A stretch of 63,441 nucleotides of DNA, filler included, from Octopus bimaculoides (GCF_001194135.2; 7 parts of 6 records of this genome joined end to end with filler, not necessarily neighbours in it), one strand, 5' to 3'. Positions 12,807 to 23,899 are shown, counted from the first letter of the whole stretch. Numbers and translations: made by a program. The notes: a model not told the origin generated them from the sequence alone.

Positions 12807-13298
12807 GGAATTTAAGCTTCTTGAACAAGAACTCGGACCTTCACTCCACCTATCATTTTTGCGATTTAAAAGTAACGGAGTAGCATAAAATATATATTAG
12901 CAAAAAATTATATGCGCATGCAAATCGAAATACGATGCTCCAACAGTACATTCAGATTTGATTGAGTGTCTAAAAACAAACGCATCACAGATTTATCCAT
13001 TGACATGTTATTTACGGAACACATGTTCTGCACATGACAAAATAATGCCATAAATATGAGACTCATTTTCGAAATTTCATACATAGAATATATACACTCG
13101 CTTGCATTAATATACACTTATAGTATTTCTATCATTATTCCCCGCATTTAACTACAAACTTCTATGAAACAATCAAGAATTCAATTTGTGTGTGTGTGTG
13201 ATGTGTGTGTGTGATGTGTGTGTGTGTCTGTGTGTGTACATGTGTGTATGTGTGTGTCCATATATGTGTGTGTATGTATAGAAATGTGTGTGTGTGCG

Positions 13299-13370
<72 letters not shown>

Positions 13371-13470
13371 NNNNNNNNNNNNNNNNNNNNNNNNNNNNNN
13401 NNNNNNNNNNNNNNTTAATTAATTAANNNNNNNNNNNNNNNNNNNNNNNNNNNNNNNNNNNNNNNNNNNN
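13371..13470. other. Artificial assembly spacer N44-TTAATTAATTAA-N44
   Basis: Exactly 100 nt with a palindromic six-frame stop; identical spacers at 23418-23517, 28909-29008, 34154-34253, 40449-40548, 61372-61471. Confidence 0.97.
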
Positions 13471-13559
13471 TATATAATTTCCCCTATATGTTCAACATTT
13501 TCTCTTTCGTCTTTACACTTAGCAACATGGACTATGAATAAATAAATATATTAAAGTAA

Positions 13560-13720
13560 TATCATAACGGGGTTTGTTGTGCAAGACCGGAACAATGCGA
13601 GAAGATATACAGTAAACTACAAAAAAAAGCAACGACCTTTTCTAACCCGGACTTTCCAAAATGTGCTGAAGGGTCTATAGCCTCGAAATATAGAAATATG
13701 AGGTAATACTACATCTTTGT
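13560..13720 (+). mobile_element. Decayed Penelope-like 3' end with degenerate hammerhead-like core
   Basis: ctgaagggtctatagcctcgaaat at 13666-13689 has the CUGANGA/hairpin/GAAA layout with substitutions. Confidence 0.35.
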
Positions 13721-14049
13721 TTTTTGTTTTTCTTTCTGTAGTTTAGTTTATATCTTCTCGTATTGTTCCAGAAGTGGCTCCGTGGTAAGACATTTGCATC
13801 CCAAGCACATCGTTTGGGGTTCAGTCCTATCGCTTGGTACTTTGGTGAAGTGACTTCTTCTATAGCCTTGGGCCGACCAAAGCCATTTGGTAGACGAAAA
13901 TTGAAAGAATCGTATTTTTATGTATGTGTGTATGTGTATGTGTGTGTGTGTGTGTCTATGTGAGAGAGAGTGCCTGTGTTTGTGTCCCCTCCCCCATCAT
14001 CGCTTGACAACCAATGTTGTACACACACACACGCACATATATATATATA

Positions 14050-14320
14050 TTGAGGCACTCCATAAATAACGCGTTTTTTAATACCTTTTTTTATTTTTCA
14101 AAATTCAGACAAAGTTCTTTTTTAATCTAAAATATACTCTCCTTCATTTTCTGCAATGTTCTTTCATCTATCTGGTAAATTTGCAAGGCCCCTCTTCCAA
14201 AATTCCCTTGGTTGAGATGAAAGATACTCCTCTAGTACTATTCTGCCCTCATCCACTCTCCTCCGACTTTTAGTTCATGCAATTAAAAAAAAAAACCGCA
14301 TTATTTATGGGATGACCTAA
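14050..14320 (-). mobile_element. Internally deleted mariner element
   Basis: TIRs gaggcactccataaataacgcgtttt / aaaaccgcattatttatgggatgacct; internal FSSQPREFWKRGLANLPDR*KNIAENEGEYILD* is a mariner transposase C-terminus. Confidence 0.8.
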
Positions 14321-14329
14321 TCTATATAT

Positions 14330-14712
14330 TCTTTTACTCTTTTACTGGTTTCAGTCATTTGACTACGCCCATGCTGAAGCACCGGTTTAAATGGTGTTAG
14401 TCAAAGAAACTGACTCCAGGACTTACTCTTTGCAAGCCTAGTACTTATTCTATCGGTGTCTTTTGACGATACGGGGACATAAACACACCAGCATCGGTTG
14501 TCAAGCGATTGTAGGAGGAGAAACACAAACACAGACACACACACATTCGTGTATATATATATACGACAGGCTTCTTCCGGTTTCCGTCTGCCAAATCCAT
14601 CTTTGGTCGGCCCAAGGCTATAGTAGAAGACACTTGACCAAGTTGCCACGCAGTGGGACTGATCATGTGGTTGGGAAGCAAGTTTCGTACCACAGAGCCA
14701 CGCCAGCGCCTT
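14330..14712 (-). mobile_element. SINE family A
   Basis: Reverse-complement match to the family A head, core and tail. Confidence 0.85.
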
Positions 14713-14889
14713 CATTTATATATGAAATGTTACTGCAGACGTCACAGTGTATGCATCCATTGATTAAATAAAATAATATTCATAAAAAGACAAATACAAT
14801 CCTAAATATCATAAACAAAATAGATAAACACATGAATAAAAGCAAATTGGAGACGAGAATCACAGAAGTTATAGCAAATCACGACTAAC

Positions 14890-15107
14890 CAAAAAATATG
14901 ACCACCACGTTGATCCGGAGAGCGTTATGGGCCGTATAGAAGGATGATGTGCTAAATCTTCTAGACTTGTGATGGATAATTTGGAGACTTTGACTGTAAG
15001 AATAGCAGCTAAGAAGGCTGTGTAGTATGTGGTCAACAGGATAACAAACAGCCACCAGAAGATGATCATGATTCGACCTGATATGTTCTTTGGTTCGTTG
15101 TTTTGAC
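14890..15107 (-). CDS. iGluR/IR-like gene, exon E (M3 and start of S2)
   Basis: acttgcag|GT CAA...TTG|gttagt; 218 nt, phase 1/0; PKNISGRIMIIFWWLFVILLTTYYTAFLAAILTV...ITSLEDLA; the five exons total 951 nt with no stop. Confidence 0.95.
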
Positions 15108-15136
15108 CTGCAAGTAGATTGTATATCTGTATATAT

Positions 15137-15193
15137 GTGAATCATATATGTGAATCATATATGTGAATCATATATGTGAATCATATATGTGAA
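15137..15193. repeat. 13-bp minisatellite, ~4.5 copies, in the 226-nt iGluR intron between the M2 and M3 exons
   Basis: gtgaatcatatat repeats starting at 15137, 15150, 15163, 15176, 15189. Confidence 0.95.
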
Positions 15194-15333
15194 TGCATAT
15201 ATATGTATATAAATTAAACATACATATAGAGATACCCACATGAAGCACATAACCACTATCACCACTAAATCACCACTCACGAACGCAGGTATAAAAATCG
15301 TTCAATCAAATCAGATTACTTCGATGTTTTTAC

Positions 15334-15652
15334 CTTGCATGAGGGCTGTTCCAAACGTGTACCAGCAATTCTCGTAGTAGGAACAGTTTAATTCTTCACT
15401 AGCTTCAGTAGATCTGAACATGGCGCTGATCTTGTTGATTACTGTCAGGAAGATACCGACAAAAAATATGGCAGCAGGCGTTAGTATCCAAACCCACAAT
15501 TGAAATGGTCGAAATATCATGTCCATGGAGACACGGTCATCTTCCAGTCTGTAGGCGATGCCAATTCCGTCTTCAGAGAAAGGATGTGTGAAGTCAATAT
15601 ATTCAAAACGATGGGCTGTCAGTGTAATAGGTCCGATTCCGAGATCGACTTC
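15334..15652 (-). CDS. iGluR/IR-like gene, exon D (end of S1, M1, M2 pore loop)
   Basis: tctccag|GAA...CAA G|gtaaaa; 319 nt, phase 0/1; EVDLGIGPITLTAHRFEYIDFTHPF (cf. APLTITLVREEVIDFSKPF), FRPFQLWVW plus hydrophobic M1, then WYTFGTALMQG. Confidence 0.95.
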
Positions 15653-15748
15653 CTGGAGAGGAAGGAGGAGAAAAAAATTAATATAGTGCACAGCATGTAA
15701 TTGTTGTCGGTGCTGTTGTTGTTATTATCATCATCATCATCATCATCA

Positions 15749-15827
<79 letters not shown>

Positions 15828-16061
15828 CATTATTATTATTTAAGGTGGCGAATCGTTAGCACACCAGGCAAAATGCTTTGTAGCATTTCGTCTGTCTTTA
15901 CGTTCTGAGTTCAAATTCCGCCGAGGTCGACTTTGCTTTTCATCATTTCGGAGTCAATAAATTAAGTACAAGTGAAACACTAGGGTCGATGTAATCGACT
16001 AGCCCCTTCCCTCAAAATTTCAGGCCTTGTGCCTTTAGTAGAAAAAAATATTATTATTGAT

Positions 16062-16555
16062 AATTTCCAGATGTCCTTGACCTGGCAGTGCTACCAGGGG
16101 CGATACCGGTTCGAAATAAACACTACAGGCACGGATGTGCTGTCATACGGGCTTGTCTGAGGTGCACACAGAGTGAGTGACGAAACCGTTCTGTACGCTC
16201 TCGTTCAGTGTCTGGGCTGACTTGTGGGGTTATGTCGAACAGCTGTTGTCAGGTGTGGGATGGATCCGTCTGCGCAGCCGAGTCGGTAGTGACGATCGCT
16301 CTGCCGCCCTCCTTCAATCGGGCAAGCCAAAGCACTTTTCCTTTGCTTGGTGGATGTGGCGAAAGAGGTTGCGTGGTGGCCATGGTTGAAAGGCATGAGG
16401 ATAGATACATTCCTCTTTGGTAGAGCTCTCATTAACTTCTTTAAGTTTCCCTTGAGAAGGAGATTGAGCGTTGAGAGGGAAGTGTTTTCCTCGAATGAGT
16501 TTATTGGAAGGTGGATAAAAGTTGGGAAGTCTGGACATTAACTACGGGATGACCT
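16062..16555 (+). mobile_element. Tx1/L1-clade LINE, 5'-truncated ORF2 C-terminus (zf-RVT), frameshifted
   Basis: SLTWQCYQGAIPVRNKHYRHGCAVIRACLRC...DETVLYALVQC..LWGYVEQLL...AKEVAWW...LINFFKF..RRRLSVERE; GC-rich island antisense to the iGluR. Confidence 0.8.
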
Positions 16556-17086
16556 GATAAATGTAAAATATTTCTAAAATAAACTCAGGTCAGCACTTCT
16601 AGTTTGAGGGGATTATTTTCATTTATATTGGTTTCATTACGAGGCGTGTATTTTATTGTTGACCCTCCCTTTATCTATTCGAGAGGGATGAAAAGCAAAC
16701 TTGACCCGGACACGAGATGGTGATGTGATCTCAGAATGCAAACTGACTTAGCTAATTACTGTAAGATATTGTTGTAAGATGTATGCGGCATACATATAAC
16801 AACAGAGCGTCTATGTAGTCGTTAATTCTGCTAAAAATGCCAACCAGATCCCTTTTAAATCATACCCTTCTATCCTGAATTAAAAGGTAGAGATATTAAA
16901 CTATGTTGTATTTGATACACCAAGTAAATATACTTAACAATGTTGTCTTTGATACACAAAAAAAATAAAAATTGGAAGGTATATTGGAAGGTATATATAA
17001 TCACCACTGATTATAGACCAGCTTGATCAGTGCTGTTCTTGGTTTGAAAAGCAACAACAATGAAGATAACATTCTAAGGAACTTAC

Positions 17087-17180
17087 ATTGCGGTATGCCA
17101 TTCCTATAACTCCAGTCCAGTTATGCGTTGCATTATCATAAACACCGAACATCTTGTCTTCAGGTTCTTGCAGTACATAA
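17087..17180 (-). CDS. iGluR/IR-like gene, exon C (S1: FG...WTGVIG)
   Basis: ttctttcag|T TAT...AAT|gtaagt; 94 nt, phase 2/0; YVLQEPEDKMFGVYDNATHNWTGVIGMAYRN aligns with GluA2 'DGKYGARDADTKIWNGMVG'; phases match both neighbours. Confidence 0.93.
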
Positions 17181-17954
17181 CTGAAAGAACATGAACAAGG
17201 GAGATAAATAAGTGATCAATATATCTGTAAAATTGTAAAGGCGAAGAAACAGATCTATTTGTTTTTTATTGATAATTCTTGTATAAAATTATAATAGTTT
17301 TTTAATTATAACATTTTTGTTAATTAATAATTCTCAGGTTGAGTGAACGGTTATAAACTTCGACCACAAAGTTGGGTGTGTTCCGCAAAATGAAAATATT
17401 TTTCACCACAGAAGTTCTACACTGATCATGTTTTGCTTGTCTAGAGTAAAACTGTAGCAGAGCTACATATTACAAAGTAATATGTGAATCGACCTGCATA
17501 GTAGACGAATATATCGATGAGGCGTTTAGCCTTGCTTTGATACAGTAGCCTCGTTCTGATACACTGGCCTCGTTCTGAGCTACACTGTAAAAAATCACAG
17601 TTCCTGCCAGGTTTCGGCCAGAGGTACATGTCTTCTCTGCAGATCCACGCGCAATATCCCACTGCGACTCACATGTCTATTCACCTCGACACAAGATATA
17701 TGGTTCGTAAACAAAGATCTCACACACACATTCTCAAAATGACTGTTCTCAGAATAAACAATATATTTATACACAAAAATGTCTTATGGTGATTCATACT
17801 GAGCGTTTTTTCCATTTAATAACACGCACTTGAACAGCCAGGAGAATTATTCAACCACATGAACAGACCCTATCTCCAACCAATAGCTAAAGACAGGTTA
17901 AGTCAAAATTGATGGCATGAAACTGCGTAAGCTAAGTTCCCGATTCAGAATGAT

Positions 17955-18160
17955 CCTTTTACTTGTTTCAGTCATTTGACTGCGGCCATGCTAGAGCACC
18001 GCCTCGAGGGGTTTTCCTTGACCAAATCGACCCAGGGCTTATGTTTTAAACCTAGTGGTTATTCTATCGGTCTTATTTGATGAGCCACTAAGTTACGGAG
18101 ACATAAACACATCAACACCGGTTGTCAAGCGGTGATGGAGGAACAAACACAAACACAAAG

Positions 18161-18214
<54 letters not shown>

Positions 18215-18408
18215 ACGCACGCACATATACACACACATATATATATTCGGCTGGCTTCTTTCAGTTTCCGTCACCAAATCCACTCACAAGGCTTTGGCCA
18301 ACCCGATGCTATAGTAGAAGACATTTGCCTAAGGTGCCACACAGTGGGACTGAACCCGAAACCATGTGGTTGGGAAACATGCTTCTTACCACAAAGCCAC
18401 GCCTGCGC
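17955..18408 (-). mobile_element. SINE family A, near full length
   Basis: Head ggcgcaggcgtggctttgtggtaag (minus strand), internal (CA)n, full tail. Confidence 0.88.
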
Positions 18409-19571
18409 CAAATGTCTAAGTTTTTTCTATCAAAGCATTTATTTATATAATTCACTCGACGCATTTCATTTTCTTTTACTCTGATTTGGTATCTTATTTA
18501 ATGAGCTATGTAACCCATTGGGTGAGTGTTTAGAATCAATTAAAGTATTCAATTAATGTATGTAAAGGCTTTTCTCTGCTCCCTATCATCATTTCTACTA
18601 TGCATATTTTGATAATATTTTCTCGCAGAGACTCCATGTGTTTGGAGAAGAGACACCATAGGTTTGAAAAAAAAAATGACCTCAGTACGATTTGAAACCA
18701 AAATCCAAAGAGACGTAACCAAATAGCAATTGTCATATTATCCACTACTCTGCTGATTCTACCAACACACTTTTCTTTTTTCTCAGAATATCATAGCAAT
18801 AATTTCTAATATAAGCACAAGGTCACAAATTTAGTGGGAGGAGGAGTTTAACTGATTACATCTGTCTCATGTTTCACTGGTCCTCTATTTCAGAAACCAC
18901 GAGAGGATGAAAAGTAAAGGTGACTCTGATGGGATTTAAACTTAAAACATAATAGCAAGAATACTGGAAAACATTTTATACAATGCTCTAATGATTACAT
19001 AAATCTACCATCATTTCTGGCGATAATAATCATACCTACGTGAGGTTCATGGCCATTTACTACAAGTGGGTAAGGAAGGGGTAAAGTTGATAATATCAAG
19101 CATAGTACCAGACTGAACCAGTGTTTTATTGGAATTGCAGTCCTTGTATTTAGAACTAAACTTTCTGTTTATGTGCTTTCTAATGTGTTTTCTTTATGAA
19201 GACAGTAGCATATAATTTGTAGTTAATATGGTTGCTGTGTGCATATATGTACGAGAGTGGTACTTTTGCTTCGATTGTTCGGTTATTCCTCATTTTTAAT
19301 ACCTTGTTTTCGCTCTACAAGTTACTCTGAAAAAGGACAATATCCGAAACGTCTTGATTACTTTCCATTTGTCTAAGCCACAAACAATCTCGGTCGTTAA
19401 CTTATCTCGTTTTGTTGCAGATGGCTATTGTTTTGTTTTGTTTTTTTTCGCCATTAATATACATACATACATACAGACAGCCAGACAGCCAGACAGCCAG
19501 ACAGCCAGACAAACAAACAAGCATACACATAAACACATACATAGATTGTATAAGTGAAGTAACCGACTTAC

Positions 19572-19663
19572 TTGAAGTTCATGGTACTACTCATTTCATT
19601 GAGTATATCGATACAAAATCCTTCCCATCCGGTACCGTTTACTCTAGTAATGTATGGAGCCAG
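19572..19663 (-). CDS. iGluR/IR-like gene, exon B (S1: PY...EGFCIDIL)
   Basis: gtttcag|CTG...AA|gtaagt; 92 nt, phase 0/2; LAPYITRVNGTGWEGFCIDILNEMSSTMNF matches the conserved 'EG(F/Y)CIDLL' S1 motif; absent from the ORF track. Confidence 0.93.
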
Positions 19664-19693
19664 CTGAAACATAAGCATATATATATATATATC

Positions 19694-20342
19694 CAGGGGT
19701 TGGACAAAATAATGGAAACACCTAGCATCATAATTTGAAATATCTATAAAACCGTCAAAAGCTTGTTATTATTTTTGTTTTTTGATTTATTATTAGTGCT
19801 GCTCAATATGTTTTGCTTAAAATTGATGTTTCTTTTCAGATATCATCAGAAAAAAGGTAGTTAAAATTCATTAAAATGACAGATCTGCCGGACTTTCGAA
19901 GAGGTCAAATTGTTGGTGCTCTTATGGAAGGCGCGAGCGTAACGAAAACAGCCGAAATGTTTGGTGTATCAAGAAGTACTGTTTTGAAAGTAATTACAGA
20001 CTTTGAGAAAGAGGAGGAAACCTCTTCTTCGAAACAAAACTCCGGAAGAAAAGCAAAACATTCAGATAGAGACCGTCGGACTCATACGCGAATTGTTAGA
20101 AAGGATCACAAAAGTACAGCTCCCAAAATTACTGCAGAGCTTAAATACCACCTCAAGGACCCAGTTTCCACAAAAACTGTTCGCTGCGAGCTGCATGAAA
20201 CCGGATTTCACGGGAGAGCTGCATTGAGAAAACCACTATTTTCAAAAACAAACGTCGCAGAGTGTTTAGAGTAGAGTAAAAACCTACAGAATTGGTCTCT
20301 AGAGCAGTGGACGAATGTTATTTTCTCGGACGAGTCATCCTT
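19694..20342 (+). mobile_element. Tc1-family transposon, 5' half with left TIR
   Basis: TIR caggggttggacaaaataatggaaacacct; MTDLPDFRRGQIVGA...GVSRSTV...GRK...VSTKTVRCEL..GF.GRAA.RKPL, stop at 20272-20274, then W..VIFSDESSF; ends at a SINE. Confidence 0.93.
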
Positions 20343-21103
20343 TATCGATCCTTGAGGAATAAAACACAAGATTGATCCCGGAAGAATTTAAACTCAGAAC
20401 ATGAAGACAGACGAAATGTCGTTAAGAATTTCGCTAACGATTCTGCCAGCTCTCCGCCTTCATGAAATGAAATTTTGATTTCAAATTCTGGCACAAAGTC
20501 AACAGTTTCATAGGGAGGTGGGCAGCCAATTAGATCGACTTCAGAGTTCAACTGGTTCTTATTTTATCGATCCCCGAATATATGAAAGGCAAAGCTGACC
20601 TCGGCGAAGTATGGACGCAGAATGTAAAGACTGACGAAATGCCGCCATGAAACGAAATAGTAAAAACGTAAATATATATAACTCGTAAGATGCAGGCATT
20701 GCGGTGTGGTTAGGAAGCTAGCTTTGCAATTACGTACTTTCGGTGGCTTGGGCGTCCCGTTCAAGTGGGGAATAAATAAGCCACGGAAATTGGAGAAACA
20801 GCCCCTTATGAGTCGGTATGAGAAGGGAAACTTTATTTTATTTACTTATACACACATACTCAAACGTGTGTGTGTGCATCTTTACACACAGTTTGACAAT
20901 CATTATGTCGCCATAACTTAGCAGTCGACATCAGAGTCAAATAGAATGGGTTTGATGCGTTTAAACAAACATCTGTACTGTGGTCGATTTCTTCGCCTGT
21001 CAAGACGGTGCCCCAGCACAGCAGCAGACAAATGACTGAAACAAAGAAACGGTAGATGGCAAAAGAAAAAGAAAAACTACAATGACGATTCAGGAGTACT
21101 TAC

Positions 21104-21331
21104 TACGATGGTTCCAACCTTTAGGGTTACGTTACCCAATCCAGGTAAAGCGTTGGGAAAGACATCCCTCGCGTCTATAGGCGTCACTGTGAAAACTAGA
21201 CCAATGTCAAAACACCACTCTCCTATTCGCTTGTAAGTGGCCTCTTCTTCGTATCCATCTACACGGAATATATCGTATTTTCTATCGATAACCTCTTCTG
21301 GATCAACCATAAACATGTTGTCGTTGCTTTC
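21104..21331 (-). CDS. Divergent ionotropic glutamate receptor / IR-like gene, exon A (end of ATD, start of S1)
   Basis: tctgtttag|GAA...GTA|gtaagt; 228 nt, phase 0/0; ESNDNMF...RKYDIFRV...YKRIGEW...GL...VFPNALPGLGNVTLKVGTIV fits the ATD C-terminal 'IGxW' segment and the first S1 strand of iGluRs. Confidence 0.88.
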
Positions 21332-22594
21332 CTAAACAGAGAAAGAAGTAAGAATCGGTACAGCGACGGTGTGGTATTAGGGTGGTAATTAATCTATTCT
21401 ATTCAATTTATATGTGTATTGTGGAAGCTAAGCGTTCGTAATGTTTAACAGAACAAAAGTCAGTGCACAAAGTGTGTAACTTGAACGAATACAAGGTTGT
21501 AACAACTTGAACAAACCTATCAAGTATATTGTTTTTAATAATTACTCATTTCTTAACTTTTGACTACTTATGGGGCCTAAATACTCATAGATATAGTCGT
21601 ACATACAGTGACTTATGATACTTTTTGGCTCTGGTAGGGTTGTCTTTTTTTTTATAAATAGATTCATTTTCTCTTTTTCGAAGGCATAGGTATGAACGTA
21701 ATTGAGTTTTTTTTTGATTAAATGTAAACTTTAATTTCATAAAAATGCAACAACTTCAGGTTTGATTTCATTACATATTTTGAGTACTTGTTATCTCTCA
21801 CACTCACAGTTTGACGAATTCTTTGAATTGAATAATTTGGTTAAAAGAAATTATGAAATTGTTCTGAAACACGTTACTTGTCGATATATATATATATATA
21901 TANNNNNNNNNNNNNNNNNNNNNNNNNNNNNNNNNNNNNNNNNNNNNNNNNNNNNNNNNNNNNNNNNNNNNNNNNNNNNNNNNNNNNNNNNNNNNNNNNN
22001 NNNNNNNNNNNNNNNNNNNNNNNNNNNNNNNNNNNNNNNNNNNNNNNNNNNNNNNNNNNNNNNNNNNNNNNNNNNNNNNNNNNNNNNNNNNNNNNNNNNN
22101 NNNNNNNNNNNNNNNNNNNNNNNNNNNNNNNNNNNNNNNNNNNNNNNNNNNNNNNNNNNNNNNNNNNNNNNNNNNNNNNNNNNNNNNNNNNNNNNNNNNN
22201 NNNNNNNNNNNNNNNNNNNNNNNNNNNNNNNNNNNNNNNNNNNNNNNNNNNNNNNNNNNNNNNNNNNNNNNNNNNNNNNNNNNNNNNNNNNNNNNNNNNN
22301 NNNNNNNNNNNNNNNNNNNNNNNNNNNNNNNNNNNNNNNNNNNNNNNNNNNNNNNNNNNNNNNNNNNNNNNNNNNNNNNNNNNNNNNNNNNNNNNNNNNN
22401 NNNNNNNNNNNNNNNNNNNNNNNNNNNNNNNNNNNNNNNNNNNNNNNNNNNNNNNNNNNNNNNNNNNNNNNNNNNNNNNNNNNNNNNNNNNNNNNNNNNN
22501 NNNNNNNNNNNNNNNNNNNNNNNNNNNNNNNNNNNNNNNNNNNNNNNNNNNNNNNNNNNNNNNNNNNNNNNNNNNNNNNNNNNNNNNNNNNNNN

Positions 22595-22678
<84 letters not shown>

Positions 22679-23386
22679 ACAGTTGTAATAAGAAACTCTC
22701 AATAGAGCTGAATAGCAGATGGTCTTTAGATGAGAAGAAACCCCACTCCGGCTGCACATGGCTCAGTGGTTAGAGCGTCGAGCTCACAGTTATAAGGTAG
22801 TGAGTTCGATTTCCGAACTGGGCTGAGCGTTGTGTTCTTCAGCAAAACATTTTATTTCATGTTGTCCCAGTTCACTCAGCTGCAGAAATTAGTTGCGACG
22901 TCACTGGTGCCCAGCTGTATCGGCCCCTTTATACCAGGGGAGGCTGGTATAAATGGGCAACTGCTTGTTGTCCATAAACGACCTTTCCCAGACTTGTGTG
23001 CCTTCGAGGGAAACTTCCTAAGTGCAATCGCATGGTCATTCATGACCGAAGCGCGTCATTGCACTTGTATAAAATTAATGTGGACCGCAATGGAAGCACA
23101 CTGTTGGCGATTCCCATTAGGATAAACCTGTGCAGTTCAATCTTCCACCTTCGGTCATGGTGCAGTTATCTACCCTGTCAGTATGTATAAATGTGCTTTT
23201 ACGCAGCTATAAGCGGTTTAAGTTTCATTTCTAGAAATATATGTGCTTATATCATACTCAGTCGCAATTAGTGAGTGCATTTGTTCATGTATATGTGTGT
23301 CTGTCTGTGCGAGCGTGCGTGTGTATGTGTATATGTGTGTATGTGTGTGTATGTATGTTTGTATATAGAAATCCATCTACATTCAA

Positions 23387-23417
<31 letters not shown>

Positions 23418-23517
23418 NNNNNNNNNNNNNNNNNNNNNNNNNNNNNNNNNNNNNNNNNNNNTTAATTAATTAANNNNNNNNNNNNNNNNNNNNNNNNNNN
23501 NNNNNNNNNNNNNNNNN

Positions 23518-23578
<61 letters not shown>

Positions 23579-23899
23579 CATACATATATATATGTAAACA
23601 ATAATTTAAATAGAGTGATTCAACTGACAGTCTAATAATTTATTTATGTGACAATATAACATAATGTAATATGAACATAATAAAATATAAGGTTACAAAA
23701 AAATCATTAAAAAAAAATTATATGAAAGATGTTATTATAATGATTAGAATAGTTTTTTCAGTATGTAAAAAAATTGTTTAGAATTATCTCTTCTTTTAGT
23801 AATAAAAGATAAGACAATTTTTACAATAACAGAAATAATAATACTATTACAGAGGATGATCTAGCTAGAAATTCCGATTGTAGATATAAGGATTAATGT

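Noticed and set aside
13415-13426. TTAATTAATTAA recurring six times as a possible regulatory or recombination motif
   Set aside because: Always centred in exactly 44+44 N; an assembly spacer
17441-17662. Cys-rich minus ORF, and 'RGYCI' in another frame, as a possible S1 exon
   Set aside because: The true EGFCIDIL exon is at 19572-19663 with matching phases; this one has no usable splice pair
18536-18745. Hydrophobic ORF as a possible M4 helix
   Set aside because: Wrong position (upstream of M1), no iGluR M4 motif, no splice sites
23110-23175. VDNCTMTEGGRLNCTG as a candidate ATD exon
   Set aside because: Weak donor, in-frame stop immediately after, phase does not match exon A
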